Source: a virus (lineage: Duplodnaviria > Caudoviricetes). From it: 59,532 nt of DNA. A program made the translations under genes and the position numbers. Location: the IMG/VR virus record IMGVR_UViG_3300030098_005108, positions 1-59,532 of that record; one strand, written 5' to 3'. The notes beneath the pieces were generated by a model. That model saw nothing but the letters and a program-made list of their open reading frames with translations. It did not search any database and was not told the DNA's origin. Positions 45,506 to 53,888 of the stretch are shown here, piece after piece; position 1 is the first letter of the stretch; each line of letters starts with the position of its first letter.

Positions 45506-46789
45506 ATGTCTTTAAACGATGAAATTAGAGAGTATTTATTAAGAAATCCTCATTTAATGCGTAGTAAATACGCAGACACAGCCAAAAAATTTGGCACAAA
45601 TTACGAGCAAATAAGAAATATTGCCCGAATATTAAGAAAAAATAATCCTGATACAGAGCCTAAAGAAAAGGAAATTATTAATTTTCAGGAAACAAAAACC
45701 AATGCTATATTAACAGCAGAAAATTGCACTAGAGTAAAATCTTTAGAAGACTTATTATCAGCTTGCCAAGTAGATCTTAATGAGTGGGATGTAGACAAGT
45801 ATGATATAGGTACATATGAAGTTACTGGATTTGATAACGATAGAAATCCTGTTACTGTTACTATGTTTAGAACAAAAGCCTGGTTAAAAAGAATTAGACC
45901 TGAGCTTGATATTAAAAAGATAAAAGCGGAGCTTATAGAAGATTTACGTAATTTATCTCCAAAGGTTGCAAAAATCAAAAGAGACAGGCCTGAAGATAGA
46001 ACTAATTTACATTTATTAGAAATATCTGCATTTGACTTACATTTAGGTAAAATCGGCATAAAAGGAGACGAATATAGTATGGAAATAGCCGAAGAACGTC
46101 TTTTAAGCGCCATAGAGCACTTGTTATATAGAGCCCAGGGGTATTACATAGATAAGATACTTTTTATCGTAGGACAAGATTTATTAAATTCTGATGGCGA
46201 TTGGCCTATACCTTCTACAACTAGAGGTACTCCACAATTTAATAGCAATTATCATATAGATATGTATAGATATGCTCGTAAGCTTATGATAAAAGCTATT
46301 GATATATTGTCTGAAGTTGCCGATGTACATGTTATGGTAATACCAGGGAATCACGATAGAGAATCTGTTATGCATTTAGGAGATACCTTAGAATTATATT
46401 ACGAAAATAATAAGAATGTTAAAGTAGATAATAGTGATTGTTTAATGAAAGCTATTCCCTATGGAAATAACTTAATTATTTCTGATCACGGTGATGGTCC
46501 TAAAACCAATGATTTGCCTGGCATTATAGCTCAGAGATTTAAAAATTTATGGAGCGATACTGTTTACGTAGAAGTGCATAGGGGTCATTATCATACTAAT
46601 AAAGCCATGAAGTTACAGGCCATAGAAGAGTTGAACGGTATAACTGTTAGAAACTTATCATCTATGTCTGCAACTGATTATTGGCATGATAGTAAAGGGT
46701 TTATTGGAAATATAAAGAAAGCTCAAGCTTTTATATATAGTAGACAAAACGGATTACAAGGCATACTTAACTATAATGTCTCTGTTTAA
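45506..46789 (+). CDS. Calcineurin-like metallophosphoesterase with N-terminal HTH-like segment
   Basis: DLH-G, GQD, PGNHD, HGD and GHYH motifs; the ATG at 45506 avoids overlap with the upstream gene. Confidence 0.85.
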   Translation: MSLNDEIREYLLRNPHLMRSKYADTAKKFGTNYEQIRNIARILRKNNPDTEPKEKEIINFQETKTNAILTAENCTRVKSLEDLLSACQVDLNEWDVDKYDIGTYEVTGFDNDRNPVTVTMFRTKAWLKRIRPELDIKKIKAELIEDLRNLSPKVAKIKRDRPEDRTNLHLLEISAFDLHLGKIGIKGDEYSMEIAEERLLSAIEHLLYRAQGYYIDKILFIVGQDLLNSDGDWPIPSTTRGTPQFNSNYHIDMYRYARKLMIKAIDILSEVADVHVMVIPGNHDRESVMHLGDTLELYYENNKNVKVDNSDCLMKAIPYGNNLIISDHGDGPKTNDLPGIIAQRFKNLWSDTVYVEVHRGHYHTNKAMKLQAIEELNGITVRNLSSMSATDYWHDSKGFIGNIKKAQAFIYSRQNGLQGILNYNVSV

Positions 46790-46839
46790 GTTTTTTTATA
46801 TGCCTATCTACTCTTTTCATCCATTTAGATAGTCTACGT

Positions 46840-47058
46840 CTATATTTTTCCCACTGCCTGATTTCGTCTTGCTTTGTCATTTTCTAAAATTTTAATTAAA
46901 CCATTTTGAGTATGTAAAGGTTTTGAATTTTTTAAACTTCTGTATTCTTCAGGATTAAAAATTAATTTTACTTCTTTAATTAAATCACCATCCCATTTAA
47001 CGATCCATCTGCTTGAATGATGCATTTTATTTCTTTTTAGGTGTGTTAAGTAGTTCAT
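46840..47058 (-). CDS. Hypothetical protein
   Basis: 72-aa ORF in the tightly packed minus block. Confidence 0.55.
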   Translation of the reverse strand: MNYLTHLKRNKMHHSSRWIVKWDGDLIKEVKLIFNPEEYRSLKNSKPLHTQNGLIKILENDKARRNQAVGKI

Positions 47059-47198
47059 AATTTAAATTTTTTATGGGTATTTCCCGTTATTAAACATAAA
47101 TAATCTTTTTTTGTAGTAAAAACTCTTCTTCTACATTTAGAATTATGAAATCCTAGTTTATGCAATAAGTATTTTATTTTCTTTTTTAATTTGGCCAT
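47055..47198 (-). CDS. Small basic protein (47 aa; not in ORF track)
   Basis: MAKLKKKIKYLLHKLGFH...; ATGA overlap with the next gene. Confidence 0.5.
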   Translation of the reverse strand: MAKLKKKIKYLLHKLGFHNSKCRRRVFTTKKDYLCLITGNTHKKFKL

Positions 47199-47213
47199 AT
47201 TGTAATTAAATTA

Positions 47214-47420
47214 TTAGTAAGCTTCATAATCATCATCTACATACTTATTTCTCCATTTGTCTATTTCTTCAAAGTATAAGTCTCTGAATTTATCAACCTC
47301 TTCTTGTAGGGCTTTATTTTCTCTTGCTGTAACAATTAAACAAGCAATAGTTCCTATTATAAAACCAGCTATTGAGCTGATTGCAATAAGTATTAAATCT
47401 GCAAACTCATTATTTTCCAT
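47214..47420 (-). CDS. Small membrane protein
   Basis: N-terminal TM helix plus coiled coil. Confidence 0.55.
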   Translation of the reverse strand: MENNEFADLILIAISSIAGFIIGTIACLIVTARENKALQEEVDKFRDLYFEEIDKWRNKYVDDDYEAY

Positions 47421-47567
47421 AGTAAGTATTTTAAATTGATCTTCCTATTATTATTCCCATTATTAAAATGGTTAATGATATGTAGGCCATTGTTATAAAA
47501 ATCATTGAATGTTTTTTTTGCTTTTTTCTATTCATACCAAACTCCATATATTTTTATTTTATTTACC

Positions 47568-47780
47568 TCACACATTAGCTTTCTTTTTTTTATTGGTTTT
47601 TCTTGTAGCGATGCTTTGCTTTTGTATTTCGGATTTGAACTGTTTAATTTTCTCTTTTTCGGCATATTCTTTTAGGTTTTCAATTATTTTATTATTATCA
47701 TTTTCAATAATTTTCTTATATATACTTATAAATAAATAAATTGTTATAATAAAGACTAATATAAGTATTATTTTGTACAT
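47568..47780 (-). CDS. Small membrane-anchored basic protein
   Basis: N-terminal hydrophobic helix. Confidence 0.5.
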   Translation of the reverse strand: MYKIILILVFIITIYLFISIYKKIIENDNNKIIENLKEYAEKEKIKQFKSEIQKQSIATRKTNKKKKANV

Positions 47781-48046
47781 TTTCCTAATTTTTCCAGTTC
47801 AAATTCTAAATGAGCTATTGCTTTTTTAATGCAATCTATTGGTGATTTGTGTTTACGGTTTGCGCGCAAGAGATATGTGACTGCGGTCCCGCAATTATAA
47901 GAAAGATCAAAATCTTCTACGACCTTACGGGCCTCATACTTATGATATTTACCTATATAATATGAAGGTATTCTTTTGTCTCCTGTGGTGTCGGCAACAT
48001 ATCCATTTCTGCCTACCTCCCAATAATGCTCATTGTGTTCTTCCAT
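47768..48046 (-). CDS. DUF3310-family protein
   Basis: PSYY...YE...LSYN-G-AV-YLLRA-RK...I-KA--HL--E. Confidence 0.75.
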   Translation of the reverse strand: MEEHNEHYWEVGRNGYVADTTGDKRIPSYYIGKYHKYEARKVVEDFDLSYNCGTAVTYLLRANRKHKSPIDCIKKAIAHLEFELEKLGKCTK

Positions 48047-48438
48047 TAGTCTAATTTAGTTTTAAAGTGGTCAATTATTTTATTCATTTGTCTTTTATAG
48101 AATAAATCAAATTCTACATATTCCATTTCACCTGTATCACCATTCATGGTTTTAGGCTGTGTTTTTTCCCATAGTTTATAAAGAACCCCTCTCATTCTTT
48201 GACTAGGAGTTTTCTCGCTAAACTCTGAATTTGCTGTGGCTTTTTCTACAGCATCTATCTGGTCTTGATTAATATGGTTTGCCGATATTAATACATAACC
48301 AGGCTTTTTGATTAATCCAAATAGATTAACCATAGTTTCGTGTGCTAGCTCAGGAGTACCTACATAGATACGTAGGCTCCCGTCTGCTAAGGTACTAACT
48401 TTATCAATACCTCCTTCAAATACTACTGAATTTTTCAT
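48046..48438 (-). CDS. Conserved phage protein (possibly NinB-like)
   Basis: DGSLRI...KTPSQRMRGVLY-LW...FY...II-H-K; next to the exonuclease. Confidence 0.55.
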   Translation of the reverse strand: MKNSVVFEGGIDKVSTLADGSLRIYVGTPELAHETMVNLFGLIKKPGYVLISANHINQDQIDAVEKATANSEFSEKTPSQRMRGVLYKLWEKTQPKTMNGDTGEMEYVEFDLFYKRQMNKIIDHFKTKLD

Positions 48439-49244
48439 AATATATCTTCGTTCATTATATGTATAGTTCTTTCTGATTTCTTATCAAGATAATCAAATCC
48501 TTGGCTAGGCCAATAATCATTATCAAGACAATATTTATATATTTCTAGATCGGTATTATACAAGTCTCTACCCATATCTATAAGGTTATCTCCTAATTGT
48601 ATTATATTAATACTAAATGGAGGATTTTTCTCTATAGCTACAATATAGAACTCGTAAGCCTTTACAGCATCCATATAGAATGCAGCCTGCTTATAGTACT
48701 TAAACTTCCTTACAGAGCTTGCAAATCCATTATAAGAGCTGTCTTGTGTAGTTTTTAAGTCTACTATAATGTTAGCGTCTTTATTATAAACATCAAGCAT
48801 TCCTCTACATTTTACATTCCAAAATTCATTTTCCCAAGCTATAATATGTTCTTTAAGACCATTAGTAAGCAACGTTTTAGCATCAGAATCTCTCATTATT
48901 TTTTGAGTCATTTGCTCTATAAGTTCATATTCTTGCTCAGAAATAACAGTTTTAAACATGTTGTTGTTTGTAAATTCTGCATAATCTTCTTTTCCCTGTT
49001 TAGTTCTTTTATCAAATTTAGGAGATACAACATAATGTTTGTTAAACTCTTCTGGTTGTAATACATTCATATGTAATGCCGATCCAAACTTCATGGCTGG
49101 TGTAGACGGTTGCGGATTGTCCATCATAAACCTAAAATATTCTGGTGATTTGCCAGTAAGATTATTCAGCATACTGTTAGATACATATTCTGTGTCTTGA
49201 TAGTAGCTGTCGTGCGTAAGATTGTGATTCTTTATTAATTTCAT
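48435..49244 (-). CDS. RecE/exonuclease VIII-like PD-(D/E)xK nuclease (DUF3799-like)
   Basis: VSNSML, FGSALH--VLQP, RG-LD, IVDLKTT, Y--QAAFY, AIEK-PP. Confidence 0.85.
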   Translation of the reverse strand: MKLIKNHNLTHDSYYQDTEYVSNSMLNNLTGKSPEYFRFMMDNPQPSTPAMKFGSALHMNVLQPEEFNKHYVVSPKFDKRTKQGKEDYAEFTNNNMFKTVISEQEYELIEQMTQKIMRDSDAKTLLTNGLKEHIIAWENEFWNVKCRGMLDVYNKDANIIVDLKTTQDSSYNGFASSVRKFKYYKQAAFYMDAVKAYEFYIVAIEKNPPFSINIIQLGDNLIDMGRDLYNTDLEIYKYCLDNDYWPSQGFDYLDKKSERTIHIMNEDIL

Positions 49245-49261
49245 TTGTTTGATTTATGAGA

Positions 49262-49322
49262 CATTAAGACCCTACCGAAGTAGGGCCCCAATGCAATCAA
49301 AACAAAAACCATGTGAACATGG
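49262..49322 (-). promoter_or_regulatory. Structured 5' leader of the exonuclease operon
   Basis: CCATG/CATGG hairpin (49309-49322) and GGCCCTAC-TTCG-GTAGGGTC hairpin (49268-49287). Confidence 0.5.
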
Positions 49323-49336
49323 ACAAGAAAGTTCTA

Positions 49337-49344
49337 CAAAAGTA
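49337..49344 (-). promoter_or_regulatory. Bacteroidota -7 promoter element
   Basis: TACTTTTG on the minus strand. Confidence 0.55.
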
Positions 49345-49349
49345 GTAAA

Positions 49350-49703
49350 TTATTCCTTTGCTCCCGAATCTTTCTCTTGTTTGTTTTGACCTTTCTTTTC
49401 TTTCTTTTCTTTGTTTTTGATATCTTCTTCTAATTGCTTGTCTAATTCTTGCATTCTTTTAAGAATATTTTCTGACTCTGGTATTTGAGAACAGTAGTCT
49501 CTTAAACTATCTCTAAACGCATCAATTTCTTTCTTTTCAAATTTTTCATTAGCTTCATAATCTTTATGAACCCAAGTAAGTAAAGCCACTTCGTGTGATC
49601 TTAATGCTTCTGACATTGCTTTTAATGTGTCTGAAATAGGAATATCTACTTTGTAGCTTTTGCCCATAATCTTTACTTTTTCTTTCTTCTTTCTTAGTGT
49701 CAT
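49350..49703 (-). CDS. Hypothetical protein
   Basis: 117-aa charged helical ORF. Confidence 0.6.
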   Translation of the reverse strand: MTLRKKKEKVKIMGKSYKVDIPISDTLKAMSEALRSHEVALLTWVHKDYEANEKFEKKEIDAFRDSLRDYCSQIPESENILKRMQELDKQLEEDIKNKEKKEKKGQNKQEKDSGAKE

Positions 49704-49709
49704 ATATTT

Positions 49710-49961
49710 TTATTTAAATTTATTTTCTTGATAATATTTTCTGTGGTATTCCTTTCTATTAGCCAAATATATTTTATTTTTTTGATCTCTCTTTCCATAT
49801 CTTTCTGTAAATATTTTATTTATAGTTGTTGATGTTACGTTAAGATCTATAGCGGCTTGCTTTATAGACACCCCCTTGCTTCTAATATAAGTTAATATAT
49901 TATCTTTTTTTCTTTCGGTTAAATCATGAAACTTAGTTGGCTTTTTTTTCGTTTTTATCAT
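49710..49961 (-). CDS. HTH DNA-binding protein
   Basis: GVSIKQAAIDLNVTSTTINKI helix-turn-helix pattern. Confidence 0.65.
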   Translation of the reverse strand: MIKTKKKPTKFHDLTERKKDNILTYIRSKGVSIKQAAIDLNVTSTTINKIFTERYGKRDQKNKIYLANRKEYHRKYYQENKFK

Positions 49962-50323
49962 AATACTTTGATTTTTACTCCTGAATTTTCTTTATCGTAT
50001 TCATATTCTCCAAAGCTAGGTATTACACAATCACAATTATCATCATCTATATAATTGTATGTTACCATTAAGTCTTGAACAGTTTGACAAGGATTTATAT
50101 AATCAAACTTTCTTCTGCTATTTCGTATAAATGTAAATTTTATTTTGTATGGCATTTCCTTGTCCTTTATTAGTTCTATAAACTTTTCTTTGTTGTTAAT
50201 CCAGTCTTGTTTTGTTTTTTTTATATAATTCATCACTGTTTTAGAATGAATTAAATATTTACCTGTCCATCGCTTTCCGTTCTTACTAGATGGGACATTT
50301 CCTGCTATGAAAATTTCGTCCAT
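49958..50323 (-). CDS. RusA-like Holliday junction resolvase
   Basis: G-VPS-KN, RRKFD-IN...QDLM...I-DD. Confidence 0.75.
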   Translation of the reverse strand: MDEIFIAGNVPSSKNGKRWTGKYLIHSKTVMNYIKKTKQDWINNKEKFIELIKDKEMPYKIKFTFIRNSRRKFDYINPCQTVQDLMVTYNYIDDDNCDCVIPSFGEYEYDKENSGVKIKVL

Positions 50324-50327
50324 CTTG

Positions 50328-50335
50328 CAAAGATA
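50328..50335 (-). promoter_or_regulatory. Bacteroidota -7 promoter element
   Basis: TATCTTTG 4 nt before the ATG at 50323. Confidence 0.65.
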
Positions 50336-50345
50336 ATAATAAATT

Positions 50346-50422
50346 TGAGAGTTTCACCCTTGGAATTTTCAGATACCCCCCAATAGGTACTGCTCCATCC
50401 TAGGAATCTGTTATCTCTCTCA
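50346..50422 (-). other. Structured intergenic element
   Basis: Outer TGAGAG/CTCTCA and inner CAGAT/ATCTG stems in a GC-richer island. Confidence 0.4.
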
Positions 50423-50433
50423 TTTATATATCT

Positions 50434-51012
50434 TTAGAACGGCATATCTTCATCGTCTGCAGTATTTTGAGCTACAGAATTGGCTTTAGACCATTCAGAA
50501 TGCTTTCTACTAAATTCAGCCATATCTTCATCGCTTAGAGTTTGGTTCATATCATTGTTGTATGTACACTTTCCTCCTGACTTTGCTGACCATCTGTATT
50601 TAGTTGCTGTTCTAATAACAGGCTCTTCATTATCTTTATTTATACCAATATATTCTTCTGATATAAATGTAACCATTAATGACTTTCCAATAGCGTCATT
50701 CATAGCGCTACTATCATCGCTAAAATCTCTTACTCCCGCGTTAATAAGAAAATCTTTAATTTGTTTAGTTTTCCATTCTTTTGTAGAAGGTTTGTCTGTT
50801 TCTTTAACAGCCCAAAATCTACATCTACCCACCTTTCCATTGCTTGTAACAGCATATTGTATAAATGGTGAGCCTTTGTAGTCCTCTAAGTTGTCTGAGG
50901 TTGTTAAAGCTGTAATTTTACATTCGTGAGCTCCAGGTGTAATGTATTCTACTTTTTCTCCTTTAGCTCTTGTTGTTGTTGTTGTGTTTAAATTAAACGG
51001 TAATGCACTCAT
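50434..51012 (-). CDS. Single-stranded DNA-binding protein (DUF669-like)
   Basis: PG-H---I N-terminal motif; acidic DDEDMPF tail; next to the annealase. Confidence 0.7.
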   Translation of the reverse strand: MSALPFNLNTTTTTRAKGEKVEYITPGAHECKITALTTSDNLEDYKGSPFIQYAVTSNGKVGRCRFWAVKETDKPSTKEWKTKQIKDFLINAGVRDFSDDSSAMNDAIGKSLMVTFISEEYIGINKDNEEPVIRTATKYRWSAKSGGKCTYNNDMNQTLSDEDMAEFSRKHSEWSKANSVAQNTADDEDMPF

Positions 51013-51015
51013 TTT

Positions 51016-51240
51016 TTATTTATTTAAAATTTCTAATATTTTATATAACTTTTCTTTTGCTTCAATTACTTGAAGTTTTAGATCTAAATTGTACTCTTTT
51101 ACTCTTTCAAATTCTTGACGTAAAGAGTTTAACTCATTATTATAAGTTTGTTTCCATTCTTGTGGCTTATGATAATGTGTTTCTACAAGATCTGCATTTT
51201 CTTGTTCGTTTTCCATTATTTGTTGTTTTTGATTTTCCAA
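51016..51240 (-). CDS. Coiled-coil hypothetical protein
   Basis: 74 aa with heptad pattern. Confidence 0.55.
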   Translation of the reverse strand: MENQKQQIMENEQENADLVETHYHKPQEWKQTYNNELNSLRQEFERVKEYNLDLKLQVIEAKEKLYKILEILNK

Positions 51241-51698
51241 TTAATATACTTAGTTAATGTATCTCCATCAAAGATAATTTTGTCTTTTTCAGGAGCATAC
51301 GGATAGTCTTTACCTTTCCATTGTTTTGTTTGTAAAGTTTGTATTGGTAGTCTATACAAGAATCTACCTATACCCCATGATACACACGCACGTTTAAATG
51401 CATCTGAGACATGACCTTTATCTTTTTCTACATTAGATTCTGATCCTGTGTCTGATTTCCACACCCACATTCCTTGTATATTTTCGTAACTATTTGTAAC
51501 AAATATTCCTACTTTACAAAATAATAATCCATTCTCTTCATAAAATATACTTTGCCAGTTTTCTGGACCACATACTTCATCTAATAAGTCTTGACAATCT
51601 CTAGCGTCTATATACGCTACACAGGTTGTTTTTCCATACTTGGTGGACTGCACCCTCCACTTATATGGTAATTCTTTTTTTAAATCGTTTAAATTCAT
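51216..51698 (-). CDS. Rad52/Sak-like single-strand annealing protein
   Basis: WRVQS...AYIDAR---D-LDEV-G--NW, WVWK-D-G, KG--SDAFKRA-V-WGIGRFLY. Confidence 0.85.
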   Translation of the reverse strand: MNLNDLKKELPYKWRVQSTKYGKTTCVAYIDARDCQDLLDEVCGPENWQSIFYEENGLLFCKVGIFVTNSYENIQGMWVWKSDTGSESNVEKDKGHVSDAFKRACVSWGIGRFLYRLPIQTLQTKQWKGKDYPYAPEKDKIIFDGDTLTKYINWKIKNNK

Positions 51699-51934
51699 TC
51701 TGATGTTTCTTTTTGTTTTGATTTTTTCATTTTCTTGACTGCTGCTGCAGCTACTACAAATTTTACAAATCTTCTTATCATAACAGGCCTACCTTTAAGC
51801 AATAAAGTAACAGCTAATTCTTTAAATGTTAAAAGCAATACTTGTCTAACAAGTTTTTTGTCAATTCCTAAATCGTAAGCAATCTCACTTATAATTGATT
51901 TTACTTTAGATATGCCCCTTTTTTTCTTGTCCAT
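51695..51934 (-). CDS. HU/IHF-like DNA-binding protein
   Basis: IISEIA--LGI-KK-V--V......L-KG-PV-I--F-KF. Confidence 0.7.
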   Translation of the reverse strand: MDKKKRGISKVKSIISEIAYDLGIDKKLVRQVLLLTFKELAVTLLLKGRPVMIRRFVKFVVAAAAVKKMKKSKQKETSE

Positions 51935-51940
51935 TTAGGG

Positions 51941-51948
51941 CAAATATA
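51941..51948 (-). promoter_or_regulatory. Bacteroidota -7 promoter element
   Basis: TATATTTG 6 nt before the ATG at 51934. Confidence 0.6.
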
Positions 51949-51953
51949 CAATT

Positions 51954-52115
51954 TTAATCTGTATCACCAAGTATTTGAACAGCTAAATACATTGGCAGTA
52001 CAATAATTCCTGCTAAAATTAAGGAAAATAAGATAGGCCCTAATATAAAAACTACTGTTCCTATTACTATTGTGGCCATTATAGGGTATTTACCTATTAT
52101 ACTAAACTTCTTCAT
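51954..52115 (-). CDS. Small hydrophobic membrane protein (53 aa; not in ORF track)
   Basis: MKKFSIIGKYPIMATIVIGTVVFILGPILFSLILAGIIVLPMYLAVQILGDTD; overlaps the dnaB stop. Confidence 0.55.
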   Translation of the reverse strand: MKKFSIIGKYPIMATIVIGTVVFILGPILFSLILAGIIVLPMYLAVQILGDTD

Positions 52116-53391
52116 AATCTATAAATTTTGTTATTTCACTTTTAAAGCTTAAGGTGACTTCACCAACACCTATATTTCTACCTTTAGCAAATATAATATT
52201 GGCGGTTCCTTTGCTTTCTTTTCCATTATCATTAAATTCTATTCCATAATATTCAGGGCGATATATAAGCATCACTACATCCGCTGCTTGTTCTATCTCT
52301 CCTGACTCTCTAAGATCTGACAATGTTGGTTTACTGTTATTGCGCATACCCACACCCCTATTGAGCTGGCTTAATGCCACTACAGTGATATTCAATTCTT
52401 TAGCTAAGTTTTTTAATGTTCTAGCAACTTTACTAACTTCTTGCTCTCTACTTCCAGCTTTATTTTTAGAACTAACTAGCTGTAAATAATCTATCATAAC
52501 AAGCTTAACGCCTTTATTTTTTACATATTCTTTTATTCTGTGAACTAAATACCCTAAAGATGTTATATTGCCCTCATCTATATGTAATGGTATTTTCTCT
52601 ATATTACCTATAGCTTCGTGTATTTTAGTTAACTCTTCATTGTTTAATGTTCCATTAGTAATATATCTATTGCTTATTTCAGATTCCATAGAGGCAAGCC
52701 TTCTAAGCAGCTGCAAGGAGCTCATTTCGTAAGAAAATATAACTGTTGATGTATCTGTATATTTTGCAGCATTATAGGCAAGAGCAAGCGCAAAGCTTGT
52801 CTTACCCATAGATGATGCGCCTCCTACTATGATGAGATCTGTTTCTTGCCAGCCTCCTGTAAATCTGTCTATAGCTTGAAATCCAGAGGCTATACCTAAC
52901 AGCCCGTCAGTATTCATTCTTTTTTCTATATCTTCTAGAAAATTTTTAATTTGTAAATTAATATCTCCTAATACTTCTGGTTTTCCTATTTGTAATTTAG
53001 ACATTTCAGAACTTAACTTGCCCACAATAAGCTCTAGCTCATCTTGATTGCTAAGTTGATTATGAACATCATGAACTATTCCTGTTAGAGTTCTTTTTTG
53101 AAATTCTTCTGTCAAAACTCCTATGCAGGTTATGGCTTCCATAAAGTCAAAAGCCCTTTCAGTCATTTCTGAAAGAGTTAAGGCTACATTATCTCCTTTT
53201 ATAAGTTTTGATACGCTTAATATGTCTATAGTTTTATTTTTACTTTTTAAATCTATAATAGCGTGATATGTAGATTTATTAAATTCTTGTTCAAATAAAT
53301 TTTCGTGGATTAATTGCGAATATTTATCTATTAATTCTGGCTTAACTATAAGTTTTCCTAGTAATGTTTGTTCTATTTCGTAATTATCCAT
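52102..53391 (-). CDS. dnaB: Replicative DNA helicase DnaB
   Basis: GGASSMGKT Walker A, FSYEM, IDYLQL, LSQLNR, SDLRESGEIEQAAD, KGRN. Confidence 0.95.
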   Translation of the reverse strand: MDNYEIEQTLLGKLIVKPELIDKYSQLIHENLFEQEFNKSTYHAIIDLKSKNKTIDILSVSKLIKGDNVALTLSEMTERAFDFMEAITCIGVLTEEFQKRTLTGIVHDVHNQLSNQDELELIVGKLSSEMSKLQIGKPEVLGDINLQIKNFLEDIEKRMNTDGLLGIASGFQAIDRFTGGWQETDLIIVGGASSMGKTSFALALAYNAAKYTDTSTVIFSYEMSSLQLLRRLASMESEISNRYITNGTLNNEELTKIHEAIGNIEKIPLHIDEGNITSLGYLVHRIKEYVKNKGVKLVMIDYLQLVSSKNKAGSREQEVSKVARTLKNLAKELNITVVALSQLNRGVGMRNNSKPTLSDLRESGEIEQAADVVMLIYRPEYYGIEFNDNGKESKGTANIIFAKGRNIGVGEVTLSFKSEITKFIDYEEV

Positions 53392-53409
53392 AATTTTTAT
53401 TTAAGCTAA

Positions 53410-53417
53410 CAAATATA
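53410..53417 (-). promoter_or_regulatory. Bacteroidota -7 promoter element
   Basis: TATATTTG upstream of dnaB. Confidence 0.6.
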
Positions 53418-53420
53418 TAA

Positions 53421-53672
53421 CTATTCTCCATACTTACGCCTAGCGTCTGCTCTTTCTTCAAGATAATTTTCTCGCATTCTAGCGTCATATTCTCTAGAAT
53501 CCTCTAGAGTATCAGTCCAATTGCCACATTGATTACAAATATATCCTGTGGCTTCTGTATGTTCTTTACACGCTGGACATATATCTGAGTTTGCATACAT
53601 TTCTACTGTGCAACAATCTGATATCCAGCTGTCTTCATAGCTGCTTCCGCAACAATTAGTAACTTCATTCAT
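53421..53672 (-). CDS. Cys-rich putative zinc-binding protein
   Basis: CC...CC...CPACKEH...CNQC. Confidence 0.65.
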   Translation of the reverse strand: MNEVTNCCGSSYEDSWISDCCTVEMYANSDICPACKEHTEATGYICNQCGNWTDTLEDSREYDARMRENYLEERADARRKYGE

Positions 53673-53830
53673 TTTATTATTATTTCATGTTTGGTTAGCA
53701 TCCATTGACAATTAGAGGGGCGGTGGCCCATATTTTTTAATAAATCATCTACTTCAACATCTGTAATTCTATTTTCTATTGTATAAATATATGTTATATC
53801 TTTATAAAAATCTAATACTATTAATTTCAT
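53669..53830 (-). CDS. Small hypothetical protein (53 aa; not in ORF track)
   Basis: MKLIVLDFY...GHRPSNCQWM...; ATGA overlap with the next gene. Confidence 0.55.
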   Translation of the reverse strand: MKLIVLDFYKDITYIYTIENRITDVEVDDLLKNMGHRPSNCQWMLTKHEIIIK

Positions 53831-53858
53831 AATTTATTTTTTGATTATTATTAAGTAG

Positions 53859-53880
53859 AAAAAGGGGGCCTTAGCCCCCT
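53859..53880 (-). terminator. Terminator-like hairpin
   Basis: AGGGGGC-TAAG-GCCCCCT followed by TTTT. Confidence 0.7.
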
Positions 53881-53888
53881 CGCTTCTA

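Noticed and set aside
998-46375. Minus-strand ORFs within the + strand block (e.g. 998-1207, 6928-7215, 21082-21567, 27859-28242, 45685-46113) and alternate-frame ORFs 39572-39811 and 42106-42336
   Set aside because: Shadows of long, motif-bearing genes; antisense-type composition and no recognisable motifs
50346-50422. Hammerhead ribozyme (CTGAAAA...GAAAC on the minus strand)
   Set aside because: The core deviates from CUGANGA, the CUG is tied up in a stem, and there is no UH cleavage triplet at the required position
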